A program made the translations under genes and the position numbers. The notes beneath the pieces were generated by a model. The model had not been told where the DNA came from. It worked only from the letters and a program-made list of their open reading frames with translations, and did not search any database. From positions 24,740,001-24,804,000 of the forward strand of contig CM052818.1 of NCBI GenBank assembly GCA_028534125.1: a DNA stretch of 64,000 nucleotides, read 5' to 3'. Below, in pieces: positions 13,080-26,960 of this stretch; within the stretch, counting starts at the first letter, position 1; the number at the start of each line of letters is the position of its first letter. The DNA is from Lama glama. Lineage: Eukaryota.

Positions 13080-14300
13080 AGCACAGCAGCAGAACCACCC
13101 ACACAAGAGGAAAACCTACGGGACAGGAATTCTAAACAAGGATGACAAATACGCAGAACTGACCAAAACCAAAACACACCAAACCAACATTGAGCACATA
13201 AAGCAGGGATAAAGTAAATGACTTTCACATTTTAAAAAATTGGATATGGAGGTTATTACATTGAAATGAAAACTCAGTGGAAGGAATTCACAGCAGAATG
13301 GACAAAGCTAAATAGCGAATTAGTGAACTGGAAAATGGAGTTGAGGAACTCTCCCAGGAAGGACGTATGTATAGGGGAGAAAAAAAAAGTAAAGATAAAA
13401 GATATGAGGAACAGAAGTGTCTACAGAAGAGAAAGGGTAGAAATTACTTGAAGAAATGACCAATGAGACTTTCCTAGACCTAAAGACAAATCTGAGGTCA
13501 CAGATGGGAAGAGTTTAGACCGCAAGGAAGTTTGAGAAGGCAAAGTCATTCCTGAGACTCCATGATTGAAAAAAAAATTTTTTTAAGACAAAGTCTTCTA
13601 AAGGGGCCGAGGGATGCAAATCTCCTTCCAAACCATCCTGAAATTGATGTCAGATTTCTCCACTGCATTGGATACATGACTACAAAGTGCTAATATCTTC
13701 AAACTGCTCAAAAGGAAGATCATTAACCGTGGAATATTATGTCCCAGTGTGCTGGCATTTAAAAACAGAGACACAATAAAGACATTTTCAGCTTTGTCAG
13801 ACGTCAGAAAAACAAATACCAACACTGAAGCCATTAGGATACTACTTCAGAGTATCCTGAAGGTACTCTACAGGAAGAGGAAAAATAAATACAGAAGGAA
13901 GCAAAGAGATATGGGAAAATGAGCAAAAATAAACGTATAAACGTTGTGGTTTAAATACAGAGGAGGAGCAAGAAGAAGAGGAAGGAAGATGGACAGTGGG
14001 AGGGCGGCTGAGACAGGGATACAGACGAGGAAAATGGAAAGGATGTCAGGAAAAGAAAAAATAGACTCGTAACCATCTGGGAGAGGGAAGAAAACCCTTA
14101 AAACACTAACAAAATAATTAGGAAATGGAGTTGGGGCAGGAAGAGATGATAGGAAGTTGAGAATGTGCCACGGTCCTCCCCTTACATTGGATGCAGGAAA
14201 GGGGGGGGCAGGCATTTTAAGCACTGACATTTAATAAATTGATAAGGGAAACAGCTATAAATATAGCTTTCAATAATTTAGGAGTAACCAGAATAAAAAC
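13080..14300 (+). mobile_element. Ancient L1/HAL1 ORF1-region remnant
   Basis: aaactcagtggaagg..cagcagaatggac..gaattagtgaactggaa resembles the L1 ORF1 coiled-coil region; later tcagatttctc..tcttcaaactgctcaaa..gaatattatgtccag. Boundaries approximate. Confidence 0.6.
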
Positions 14301-14329
14301 TAAAGCTCAACTTTTCAAGCCTATCAGTG

Positions 14330-14720
14330 AACTAATTTTCAGAGATTTTTGTCTTTCAGTCTGTAAACCCTATTAATAAGTTTTCTGATGTTGAATCACT
14401 CTTCTCTTGAGAAACTATGTTTAATCACAATACATCAAAAGGCGATTAAATTTGTCCATGCAATAGATTAAGATTTTTATATCTCTGCTCATAAATGAAA
14501 TGGCCCTGTAATTTTATTTTTGTTGTGTTCTTTTCCAGTTTTCATACAAAAGTTCATCTATCCTTCCACAATGATTTAAGCAACTTTTTTGGAGGTATAC
14601 TATGTTCTTGAAACACTTAGGATACAGCAGAGTCAATTTGTGCTTTGAGTAAACTAAAAAACCCTGTGCCTAGAACATTGTGTGAAGGGATGGATTCTTG
14701 CCATTTTAATCTGTTTAATG
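14330..14720 (-). mobile_element. Ancient L1 ORF2 fragment
   Basis: ttttctgatgttgaatca...gatttttatatctctgctcataaatgaaatggccctgtaatttt matches antisense L1 ORF2. Confidence 0.6.
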
Positions 14721-14739
14721 GTTAACAAGTCCTCAACGC

Positions 14740-15010
14740 TCGTTTCAGTCTGGTCCATTTATGTCCCCCAATAGATCATCCTCTACTTCTCACCCTGGTC
14801 TACCCAAGCTAGCCTACTTGCAGTCCTGTGAATATTACCTTTTCCCCAACACTTGTCCTTTGCATGTCTTCTTTCTTCTCCCTGGAATCACCACCCATCC
14901 ACTGACTAACACATGTCTGCCCAACCCCCACTTGCCTTTTATGCCTGAGCCTGGGCATTTCTCCTCTTAATAATCCTTAATCCTTGACCCACCCTCTGAG
15001 GGACCTTCAC
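14740..15010 (+). mobile_element. L2 fragment
   Basis: cctttgcatgtcttctttcttctccctggaat: pyrimidine-rich L2 pattern. Confidence 0.45.
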
Positions 15011-18000
15011 TGGAGTTCTGTTCCTTGGATGGAGTCAATTCCCACCAATACCCCATTTTTCATTTATACATCTCCTGCTCTCCCACTGGGCAGCTTTTCA
15101 CAGTCCTCATAGGTCAAGACCAAAGCATAGAACACGTGGTCCTGCTGCATCGCCTCTGGTCTCCACCGCTCTGTGGAGCTACATTGATCTCAAGACGGAG
15201 GAGCTCTTAGCAGGCCTCAGTAACCTGAGGATTCTAAAAAGGGAACGTTGTAAATGATTACTGTGTAAGAAACGGGTAGTATTTGTCCCATTGACAGAAT
15301 TCATCTTTTACGGACCATCAGCTTCCCAGGATATACATTCGACTTGACAGAAAGCCTCAGGGCGTGCTTTGGTCAACTGTCCTTCATTGGCTCTACCTCT
15401 TCACGTGACCCCATCACCACCACCTCACAACCCTGAGATGACCACTATCAAAAGCCTTCTACAATACACTGACACTTGTCCATCTCTGTGCACGCCACTA
15501 GACTAGAAGTGGGCAAGAACAGAGGAAGAGGCCCCCTGGGCTGACACTAGACCTGGAATCAGAGGTGAGGTCAAGTCCCAGATATACTCTTTACAAATTT
15601 GGTAACTTGGGCTAGTGATTTCAGTGCTCTGCCTTCCTATTTCTTCAATAAAATGAACATTCCTATCTAGCACACAGGGATCCCCACCATGAAAGGGAGA
15701 AAATGAGATTTCTCTTATTAAAGTGTCTTGTAAGCTGAAGAATTATGCAGATATATTATTAAGTAAGCAAAGAACTGTTGGCTGGCCTTAAAGAGGGCTG
15801 CAATATTTCATGGCTGGCTTCCACCTTGTGTGTGTTAAGTAGAAGAGATAATTTTCTAAATGACCGTCTCCTGGCTTGAAATGTTCATATATAATTCCCC
15901 AACAAAAAATTTTGCTGACTTCTTCGAGGGAGGACCAGATTTTTAACATCTGCCTATACACATGACAGGGTCAAAAAAATTTAACTCACAAGACTCAGAA
16001 GTGCAAGGTAGACAAATAATTAGTCTATGATTAATGCAATTTTTATTCCAAGCCCCTAACTTCTCAATCCACTGTAGACATAATCTGATTCAGTAATTGA
16101 ATGGTTTCTTAAAATAGCATTCAGTCTCTTTAAGGAAGGATGCTCAGAGTCCCAGGCTTCTTCTACCTGCCCCTGCTTCCCTGCCTAACTTGGCATTTAC
16201 GTGTCTGGGGGAGTCAAGTGTTTGAGTCCCTGGGGACATTGGGGGTTCCCCTGATCTTGTACTGGGGCTCCGTGGGCACTGGCTGGCCGGGCCTCTAGAA
16301 CAACAGCCCTAGTCGGCCTGGCTACCCCTGGGCTCTGCTGGCCTTCCCGGCTGAAGATGGTGTAATTCAGGCTCATTCTTTTGACTCAGATGATGCTCGA
16401 GTGCTGACTCACCATAGTGTGTCTGCTATGGGCTGCAGTCCATGAGCTACTCCCCACAGCCTTGGCTGAGGGGCACTGTACACGGCTGTACTGGCCCTCT
16501 TCACCAGCCCACTGGCTCTCAGTTCAGCGACTTCCTGACAGAGGAATAAGGGCAACTGGGGGGGGGGGCTCGGGTGCCAGCTTCTCCATGCTGAGCGCAC
16601 AGGATGCTTTCCCACGGCTGTGCTCCAGGGAAACAAGAAATGGGGAGCCGCCTCTGCCTGGCACAAGCCTCACTCCAGAGAGACACCTGTCTCCCTTCAT
16701 GCCTAAACCTGGTGAAGGGAAATTGGGCAGCACACGTCCATCTCCCTCCTCCTTTGTTCTTTACTTTCTCTGCTCACTCTTACAAGACCGCAGACAGGGG
16801 AGACGCTCTCAGCTCTCCCGCATCCTGTCCTCTCTGCCCCTCTCGGAGGAGCTGGGCTGGGCTGAGCAGACCAAGGACCTGCCTCACCCCTGGGAGGACT
16901 TTGTTTCTTTGTGGACCCAACCAGTCTTCTGTGTTCATATCAAGGGGAGATGAAGGGAACGGGAACAATTTTCAAGACCATATCCTGGCTCACAACCTGT
17001 TCTTAAATATCAGGATCTGAGCATGTCCTTGCTCTTTCCCTTAGCACTCCTTTTGCAATATATTCTGTTCCCCAGGCCTCCCCACAACGGATGGCTGCCT
17101 GGGGGAGGCTGAGCTGGAGAGCTTGCATCCAGAAAGGGAGAAGAGGAAAGCCAACTAGTAAGTTTAAAGCTATTACCCCCGTGACAGACAGGCAGCTACA
17201 CAGCGCTGAGACACCGTGTTTCCCTGAAAGGGTGAGGAATAGAATTCAGACCCAGACCTCCATCTGGAAGTCTGACTTCCTGAAGCTTCTTGAGATCTTA
17301 GAACAAGGGATTCCTTGGTATTCAGGGAGCCTAGACGACATAGCCTAGAGACGTTTTAAGTCTCCGGAGTGTAGTGGTCAACCCTAGTATCAACCTACGG
17401 CCAATATCCCAGTATTCCTGATGGGGGGGTGGGGAGGCAGTGGACTAGAGCCAGCCTGAATCCCTGGATTTGTAGGGAGCAGGGGCCACAAACCCAGCGC
17501 TCACGGGTGGCAGGCGGAGAGCATGTATGTCTGAAGCACTTGGCTACGGGACATCAGGGTGTGGATGGCGCTTCTCTACTCTTCTACAGGGTAGAGACTT
17601 TTTAACGGTTTAAACACTTTCTCCCCCCCCCCCCCGCCACCCAAAGCATTTAAGGCCAGGTATAGCTTCTAATCCAAATTTTGCATCTTTGGGATTTAAA
17701 TACAGTTAAAATGATCCTAAATGATAAGTGTCCTCAGAGCAGAGAGGGAGTTGGCAGCATGGAGAAAGTTAAAAAGCATCTCAGAAACACATTGGGTGAG
17801 GAGGCAGGGACACGCTCAACTGTACTTCATGTTAAACTAGGGTGAGTCTTCTGAGTAAAGCTCGCTTGGGCTGCATTTACAGTGCAAGGTTATACAGTGG
17901 GGAATCTGTTTCTACCATGACTGATCTGAAACAAGTATCATTAAGTCAGGAGAGACAAATCCCAATGGCCACAGGGCTCACGCAGGTAGGACCACCGAGT

Positions 18001-21000
18001 GGGGCCAGAGGTGGACCACAGGACTGCGTGGCTGTGACAACCCAGGAGGCCCACCTGCCTGCAGAGGCTCAGACATAACACCTGACCTCATCCCGAGACA
18101 CGAGAGGCATCTGCTCCATCTCTCTGGTCAGCAGGATACCCCTTGCCACCTCTGGTGGATGTGAACAACACCTGTCTCCTGGAGAAGTGGAATCGGTTTC
18201 AATTTCATAAAACAAGGGAAGATTATGATGTGTGAATTAAGTCTCTCCTCTGTGTGCATCTGAGTGCCCATGTGTGCCCGTGGCCCAGACACAGAGCACA
18301 GGTCTGTGACCTCTGAAGAGGTTCTGGGTGGAAAAAAAAATCAGTGAGAAGGCCACTTAGATACAAACGTCACAGCTTTCACATTTTTCTCCTTAAAAAA
18401 AGGAGCCTGAGATACTCACTCCTTTTGTAACTTCTCATTATTTTATTAAAGGGTGGCCTGAGTTAGAGAAAACCATGGGCTGGTGTCTGCGAATATGTGG
18501 AGAGAAGGTAAATATTAAGAGAAAGCCCCAGGCTTCTTGTGTTAGTCCTGCATGCATCAAAGCCCGCCCTGGTTTTCAACATTGAGTTTTTTATAGTAAA
18601 CCAAATCAGTCATATTTGCTGCAGATACATTTCCTTTTGCTTGCCTAGTGCTTTTAAATCCTTAAATTATTTCCCATCTTTAAAAGTTGGGGTTTCAGCA
18701 ATCCCAGCAGCACGTGAGCCAGCTCTCTGCCGAGCTGAACATAGGATGCTCCCTGGACAGGACCGTGCTCTCCCATTTACCGCACTCCCCACCACTCCCT
18801 TCTGTTTGCCCACCACAGAGCTTGCCTTTAACGCCACCTTGTGCCATCATGGTGTTTTTAGATACCTGACTACTTTTGTTTCCTGCCTGGCACCACAGGC
18901 AGTGGTGTCCACGATCCCTCTTCTGGAGCTCCCCCTCCGTTCCCCCTTCCCAGCTGCCCGCAACACCAGGTTGTGCTCAGGATCACTGCCCCATGGTTAA
19001 CACTTGCCTGTGGACTCAAAGGAGTGTCAAAGAGAGGAAGATGTGGAGCGAGCATCATCAGAAGTGTCCTGCCTACCAGGGAGTAACCGTTTCATGAGGG
19101 ATCATTCCGCCTGGCTAATCCTGACTCTGAGATGGACCAGGCTCAGGGTATCAACAGCAGCCAGCACCATTTGCAGGAAGATTCCTGCATGAAGTCCTCA
19201 AGTGACCTGCTCCAGTCAGTGATTACCGTACCATACATGAATCTCCTCTTTCAGGAAAAGAGTACACAGATCTTACTGTCACTTGTTTAATAGTCAGAGT
19301 TTCTCCATTTTATCTTCTTGGAAGAGAGAAAATAAACATCATTAACCCTGATGATTATTAGAAGGGTGTTAACAAGCTGTGCTTAAGACAAAAAAGGAAT
19401 TCTCCTGATTTTCTTATCAAGTCGGTCATTTCATCTTCTGTCTGTGTGTGGAGTTACGGAACTTATCGAAGTCTTGTAATTAGACCTCCCCCAAGACCTG
19501 CACTCTAGCTTCACCGATTGCAGTGATTCATCCTGCTTTTGGAAACATCTGGATTCTCGACAAGCATCTGGCTGCCCTGGACTCAAGGTGTATCACTGCC
19601 ACGAACCCTCGGAAGATCTCATGGGCTGATGGCTTCTCTTCTTCCTCCCAAGCGAAGGCCAAGGCCAAGAGGATGAAGAGGTAATTTGTGGAAAAATAGG
19701 CACCATCTTTTCTGGGAAAGCTGGCATGGGGTTGAGGGGTGGGGCGGAAACAGGGATGGAATTACAACCCAATGCCATTTGGAGCATTTTTAAGTCTTTC
19801 CTACTATATTAGTCCTTCATAACTGTTGTCTCCCCACAGCCCTTCCATTTTTGCCCTAGAGGAGGGCACGGACCACCTGGGGCAGAAGGAAATGTAGGGG
19901 CTGTTTCTGTCAGTCAAGAAGGAGAAACTGGAAGTCCCCGGGAAAAAGTGGCTACGAGAGATAGAGAGGTGGCCTGTGAGCAGTCAGATACATTTCAACT
20001 GGAGGAACAGGGAATGAATTAGGAAACCCAGTTGGCTACCAGGTGCCAAGTCAAAGCATGTACTGGAATCAATTTTGTCAGTCTTAAAACATCTTCATTG
20101 TTTCAAACCCCTGAATCATTTTTAGTAAGTTTTAAATAGGAAACAGGGTCAGAGGAGTACTGTTTATCAATTCCCCCTAAAACCCCAGTAAGCATCAGGA
20201 GACTGTCATGTGTGGAAATTAGCAATTCTCCTGAAGAGCAGCTTTGATTAAATTCTAACATCTTCAGCAATGATAGGGATAAAATGGGCTGTTGAATCCA
20301 GTTAAAGAACATTGTCAGCCTTCCATAGGAGATGGAAAGAAATGAAATGAAGCTATACTGTTTCACGAAAGGTAAAATTGAAAGGACTATGAGCAATGAA
20401 GCCAAAGGGGGGAAAAAAATTCTTGGCTGGATAACTAAGACCTTCTTGAAGGAATTCGGTGTCATTAAGCCGAAACCAGACTTCTGTTCTTCCTCCCAGG
20501 TCTAAGAGGGTGAAAGAGGCTGTTTGTGAGAAAGAATAGGTCTGTATCACCATCAAAAAATCATACAGCAGAGGAGTCAGATCACAGGGCCAGCTACGGA
20601 CACTTGTGATGCTATCAGAAGGAATTAAAAGGTGAAACATTATTATTCCTACAGAAAAAAATGGCAGAACAAATGCTGATGTTCTGGAACAACTACCCCA
20701 CTTCCTGTGACAGAAGCCCTGCAAATAACAGGGAGAACTGTCCGAGCGCCAAGGTGAAGGGCACTGTTAAGATCAGAAGTAGATGTGGGAGAACTGACAA
20801 CATCACCCTATACGTCCCGTCCCTTCCTCTCCTACAGGTACAGCCGTGGGCGAGGCCTTGAGCCGCTGTCACCCATGAGCTGCACATGCAGCGAACTGCC
20901 CGTGACTTCCTTCTGAAAACCTCAACAGGTAGGTCAAAAGGGCATTTTTTCCTCCACCAACTCCTTCTGGAGTAAGATACAGACAAGACAACGGGTTCCC

Positions 21001-21574
21001 GAAGCCCTTTACACCTCACGACTTGAATCTTTATTTCCTTTCTTCATTCAGCTACTAGAGCCAGTTCTTCTATGCCTTGCAAGCAAATCTGCTCTTGTGT
21101 GACTATCTGCTCGCGTCAGTCTCACCTCCAGGGTTCTCTGGGGGCACAATCCGCCCTGGAATTGCATTCTCCACCTGGTCACCAATGACACTTCGGAAAC
21201 TAGCTCACTATAAGCCAACGTAACTATCCAAGGAATAGCCCGTCCGATCCTGCCCACCAGGATTCACCTTCATCTATTTTCCATTGATTCTAGTTTCCTT
21301 CTCATAGTCTCTCTGTCAACTTACATGTCATACCTCAAAGGATGCCAGGTGCAATTAGATTGGCCAGAAGGTAAGAATTCAGAAAGAGTGAAATAGATTA
21401 TTCTAGAGCTACATCTTACAGAGAAGATGGAAAAGCCGATGGAAGCCACAGTGACAACTCTCTTCTCCCTCCTCCACAGCTGTTAGCATCAGGAGCTCTC
21501 AGTGACTGGACATCTCTGAGACACTGGGCACTGCAGCCCATGTTTTTACACACCCCAGACCACACTTAACCCAC

Positions 21575-21720
21575 ACAGAAGCCCTGGAAAATAATACTGC
21601 TTAGGTCTGACATAAAGAAACTGCAGCTGAGAGTGGTTAAGAAACTTATCTGAGGTCACAGAGCTGCCCAGTGGCAGAGCTGGCGTTTGGAAACAGCCCC
21701 ATCGGACCTCGGCTCTCCTG
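21575..21720 (-). mobile_element. MIR SINE
   Basis: aagaaactgcagctgagagtggttaagaaacttatctgaggtcacagagct...ggcagagctgg. Confidence 0.75.
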
Positions 21721-22676
21721 CTGATCCTGTGACTGGCCCAGTGGAGACCCAACCACTCTGGAAGCAGGAAAGGAAGGGGATAGAGGGGACTGATTATCAC
21801 TAAGTAGGCATCTCCTGGGCATCAACTGGCATGAAACTGCTACAAGGTCTATGAGATAAAGGTAATCATCAGGACATACAAGCTGCCATTGATGACGCAG
21901 TCATTACAGGAACCAGATTAGGCTTTAGCATGAGACAGACCCGGGTGTAGTCCAGTCACAAATTAAATGGTTTCTCTGAGCTTATCCGAGTTCTCTCCTG
22001 CAAAAGTAGAGCCAACACCACCTGGTTCAGAGGCTGTTATGAAACCGAATTGTTTAACATACATTATATCATCTAGAACATAGTAAATGCTTAAGCAACG
22101 CTAACTCCCCCAACCCCTTCTCCTGGCCTCTTCCTCCATCTCCCGGTTTTCCAGGAGCTGAGCATACAGCCCAACAGAATAAGCTCAGTCCAACCAAATG
22201 TGTAACCTTGTCACAGCCCAGGTTTTTCTTTTGCAATTTCATTTTCTGCAATTTTATAACTCACTGAAAAAAAACAAACGTTTTGAATAAAATTCTACCC
22301 TTAGCTAATCTAGTCCCTTTATGTCACTCCCTTTTCTATACAGACTGTACGTGTGGGAAACAAAATGTACTTGATGATATACTTTCAGATTTAATTTCCT
22401 TCCTTCCATCTTCCCTGTGGGCACGGCTCCCAGAAAAAGTCTTCATACCTCATAAAAATCACCGACTTTATTCAGAGTTTGGTTCTGGCTGTTCCTTGTC
22501 CCAAAAGATCTGGCTGTTGTAGACTCCCACCCCGCGGAGCCCTCTAAAGGAGACTGACAGTGGAAAACAAACCTCCACAGACAGGCTATAAACCTTATCA
22601 CTGTTTAAGGCATTATGTATATGACTTACCACACTTGATAAACAAAGATGCAACTTTAAGAAATAATACGTGTGAC

Positions 22677-22829
22677 AATGAAATGTTAATAATGTGATCT
22701 GGTGCAGGTGTTAAGTTTGTACTAGGATGGTTATCATTGTGCAACATGTAAATGTATCAAATCGACATGTTGCACACTGCAAACCTACAGTGCTGCATGA
22801 CAATTACATCTCAATGAAGCTGGGGAAAA
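22677..22829 (+). mobile_element. Short L1 3' end with TSD
   Basis: atgtaaatgtatcaaatc..catgttgcacact..caattacatctcaatgaagctgggg plus A tail. TSD aatac(g/a)tgtgac at 22665-22676 and 22830-22841. Confidence 0.8.
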
Positions 22830-23684
22830 AATACATGTGACCCAATAGTTATAACCAAATGCTTTGAATTACATTGTCCAACACAGAATCCATTCTTTGA
22901 TTTTATGAGACTATGGCTTACTTCTCTTTCCTATTCTTATATTACTTTGAAGTCCCTGAGTAGCTTGTTTTTGTTTTTTTTTACTCACCAAATCCCTCTC
23001 ACACGCTCATGCTTCCAGAGCCCATCCTACCATCCATTTAACAGTACAACTTAATGGCATCCCACTGATGCCTGGAAAGGATTCGAATCCCTGGAAGGCA
23101 GATGCCATGTGATTCATTCTGGTTCCTGGTTCAGGGTCTTGCACATAATGGATGCTCGGTTAAGTACTTAAAGTCAATTGAATTGCATCTTATTCATCTC
23201 TTGAACATTAAATGAAGCCTAAACTATTACCAGGGATCAAGAGCAGACTTTATATCCTTGGTTATTTTACTGAGTTGGTAGAATGTTAACTTCTTTAAGG
23301 CAAGCATGGCACGTTAAACAGAACACATTGTACAATAAGACATTCCCTGCATATTCAATTAAGTGGTAATTACAATGAACATTCCATGCAATGAACAATT
23401 AGTGGACTGGAGAAAGGAGCTTGGGGTCCTACTTCACCACTCTTATGGAAAACAAGTAATTGATGCTCATTCTTGCAGCAGAGGGATCAAAAAAGGATTC
23501 ACTTAAAGTGTGAAAGTCATTTCTCACTTTAATCAGGACAGTTTATTATACATAAGGTTTCTCCTAGTTGTAAAAAGGCTCTAATTTTGTGACTACTGCA
23601 CTATGCAAGACTAAGCAACATAGGACTTCTCCAGCAGTGTGAAAATAACCTACATTTAAAGTGGGAAATACCTCTATTCTAGAT

Positions 23685-23901
23685 CAGCGGTTCCCAACCA
23701 GGGGCAGTACTGCTCCCAGAGGACGTGTGGTGACATCTAGAGACACTCAGTGTCACAACTTGGGACAGAGGGCAGTTAACAACTGGCCTAGAGTAGATAA
23801 AGGCCAGAATACTGCCAAATCCTACCAGGCACAAGGAGTCCACCAGGCCCAAAGAATTCTCAGCCCCAAGATGTCAAGAGTGCTGAGGCTGAGAAACCCT
23901 G
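23685..23901. mobile_element. MER20 hAT-Charlie MITE with 8-bp TSD
   Basis: cagcggttcccaaccaggggc ... gtgctgaggctgagaaaccctg. Flanks ttctagat and ttctaaat. Confidence 0.85.
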
Positions 23902-25379
23902 TTCTAAATCAAGCTCTGCCCTTTGCCCCTCACGTGACCTTGATCCTGACCAAGTGACTTTCCTTAACAGTGATATGGGGCACGCAATCCTTCCCTACCT
24001 ACCTTGTAAGTGTTGTGAAGACCCAATGTGGTAATAAAGAAGTACTTGATAAACAAAGCAGCTATATAAATATGTTGTCAGTATTAAAGCATATTTAAGG
24101 AAGTATGAAAGTCACTGAGTCATGAAAAGCCTTGGCCAGCCAGTACACCTCCAAACGAGCACCCCTAAAGGGCCAGACCAAGGGCAAAGCTTCAAACACA
24201 GCCCTCCAGCAAGAAAGCCAGTTTTCCCTAGGAGCCCAGGTCCACCTCGGAGCAGTCTTAACCCTCAAGGCTGTTCTAGAATAAATGTCATTCCTCAGAG
24301 AGCATCAGGAAGATGCCCAAGAGAGCCACTAGGGCAGGGTACCAGGTCCTCTCCAATGTCGGCCTCCATCAGAGCCCAAGGCAGTGACCAGCTAGCCTAT
24401 CCCATGGCAGACTTCCACTGGAGACAACCAGGAATGCCAGCTTTGCTTCCATTCCAGTGGGAGTTCCTTAAATACAGAAACATTATAGACTGAAGTATTC
24501 TGTCAAAGACATTCTACTGAAACATGTCGATCTCAAACCCTGAAATTTAGGGATTAGTAACAAGTCCAGGTACAGCCCAAACTCATGAAGACAGGGCAAA
24601 ACAGTTCAGAAGAGCCTTTAGCATCGAAACATGTAAGGTGATCAATTCCATTTCAGCTGATGAAAACTCTGGCAGAGAATTAGCTGTAAGTATTTCTTTT
24701 TCCTTCTTATGCAATCCTTGGAGAAGAAATTTTCCAGAACTCTTTGCAAATCATAAACTTACTTGATGGCAGGGGAGAGTATAGGTACATGTTTAATTCA
24801 TTTGAACCCCTAAAATTTAGGACATGTAGTGTCATGCCCCCCAAACTAATGAACTCTACATACGAATCTAAGATTTTTCTTTGAGGTTTGGTATTAGTAT
24901 TTGTTCAGTCAATCTGCATCAAGAATTGTCTATAATTTAATAATACAGAGTAAATTTCTAGAGTTAGGCTCATAAAACATACATTAAAATAAGAATTAAG
25001 ATACATGTGTGTATACCAATCTTAAAGAACAAAGTATAAATCATAGTTATGGGTCACTTTAGATAAGTTATCGTCTGTGGGAAGTTCAAAGTTAAGGACG
25101 TTTTACTAGTATGTATGGCCATGAGTTATAAGGCATGATGATGACAGGATTTTTCACATCCTAGGACATGAAACGTTAGTGATTGTGGTACATTACTACT
25201 GGCCCTAGTTAAGTTTTTTTTTTTCCTTTCAGAAAACTTATTAGAAGGTCTGAGAATTTAAAATATTGATTCTCCCTACATTCTGTGTGTGAAAACACAC
25301 TAAATCCTAACTTCATTGAAATGTGCTTATTTCTTTCCCCTTAAATGATCCCTGGATTTTGGAGCTAAAAGACCAGCAG

Positions 25380-26050
25380 CTGACAAATTCCTCTCAAGCA
25401 CTCAAGTGCAGAACACTGTGTTGAGGGCTCTCAAAACAAACACATCAGATCTCACGTGGTTCCTGCCCTCAATTTTTTTTTTTATTGGAACGTTTAAATG
25501 TTTCAGTTTTACTAGGGGGAAATAGGAGAGAAAATGGAAAATATGATCATATAAGAGATTAATGTGCCCAATATAGCATCACAAGAGCGCTTATAAAGCA
25601 GAGTATGACTACTTACTCTGTACATAGGGTAAACGAAGTGCTATTAGAATACAAAGTCAGAGGAATTACTGTGAATAGGAAAGACATGGGAAAGCATCCC
25701 AGAGAGAGGGATCAGCATTTTTCCAAACATGAATTGGATTCATGATGGTCAGAATAAAAAGGGAAGGTATTTCATTGTACCAAACAAAATGCCAAAGTGA
25801 GGAAAACCCAGAGAACAGAGGGTTGAGCAACTGGGCTGGACCATAGGATGAAGATCAGCCAAGGAGGAAGGAAGGCTGAAAAAGAACATGATGTAAGATG
25901 ACCTGGATGGTAAATTTCACTTTGCTACAAGAAAGAAGGGGGGGGGAAGAAACCCCTCCTTGTTGATCCAATCCTGACAGCCAATGGCATAATCAAAACA
26001 ATATTTCAATAAGGTTAATTTAGTAGTAAAATATGGTGCATTAGAAATGG
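25380..26050 (-). mobile_element. L2 fragment(s)
   Basis: caagcactcaagtgcagaacactgtgttgaggg...ggttcctgccctcaa...aagtgctattagaatacaaag, followed by a purine-rich antisense L2 body. Confidence 0.55.
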
Positions 26051-26719
26051 GAAAGCCCAAGAGTTAGATGGACCAAGCCCAGGATGAGATATCCAGCAGT
26101 TCTTCCAAAGTTCAATTTCTTTACCACTCCAAAGCTATGTTTTCTAAGAATGACATAATACCAATTTTGACTCACCTACTAAAGGGTAATTCATACGAAA
26201 TTAGCTGCCAATGATTTAAGTATGTTCTCTGCATGCCAATCAATATTATTAAAACTTAATCCTTCTCTGGTGGGTTCTCACTCCACAGTTAAAACGTTGC
26301 TCAGTGAAAACCAAAGAGCACGGACTATCAAAGTCTTGATACGATTATCTTATAGTGGCTAAATGACAGAAATAGTGCTCAAATTATGAACCTCAACAGT
26401 TCTACTGGTCCCTATATATCAGAAACACTGTGCTAAATTCTAGGGACCGTAGTTTAGAAGGACATTGGTTATTGTACCTGAATTGTCCACTAGGCAACCA
26501 AGTTGGCACAGTATCTGAATATAAAGCCAAAGCACAACTGAAGGAACAATCCAGATTCTGTACCAATCTGGTCACCCCATTGTGAACTATCATATCATGT
26601 GTAAAATATATGTCATCTTCTCCCAAAAAGAGAAGTGAAAAGCACAGTAACCTTCACCAAGAGTGGAAAAACCATCCTGAAGAAAAGGCATTAGTCTGTA
26701 CTACTCTGGATGTCACACC

Positions 26720-26960
26720 ACAAGCAGGAGGTGGAAAATATAGGAGAGTAACTCTGGATGAATGTAAGGAAGTTCAAACAACTAAAGATAACCATTTGAC
26801 AACAGAACAGACCTCCTCAGCTTACAGTGACCTTCCTAACAGCAGAAGTATTCAATCAGAAGCCAAACCACCATCTATCAAGAAGGCTGTAAGAGTGGTT
26901 CTTAAATTTGGTGGAAAATCTAGACTTTAATACAACTCTTACATCTCCATCCTAGGATTC
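26720..26960 (+). mobile_element. CR1/L3-like 3' end
   Basis: gaagtattcaatcagaagcc..ccatctatcaagaaggctgtaagagtggttctt..ggtggaaaatctagact..ccatcctaggattc resembles the L3 3' tail. Confidence 0.5.

Noticed and set aside
16417..17020. 178-aa and 138-aa plus-strand ORFs
   Set aside because: No recognisable domain; low-complexity, GC-rich composition.
18144..18160. GCCACCTCTGGTGG as a CTCF site
   Set aside because: Spacing between CCACCAG and GGC does not fit the core; more likely a short chance palindrome.
22630..22653. 24-nt minus-strand microexon with a GTAAGT donor
   Set aside because: Weak pyrimidine tract abutting an L1 insertion, and no recognisable peptide.
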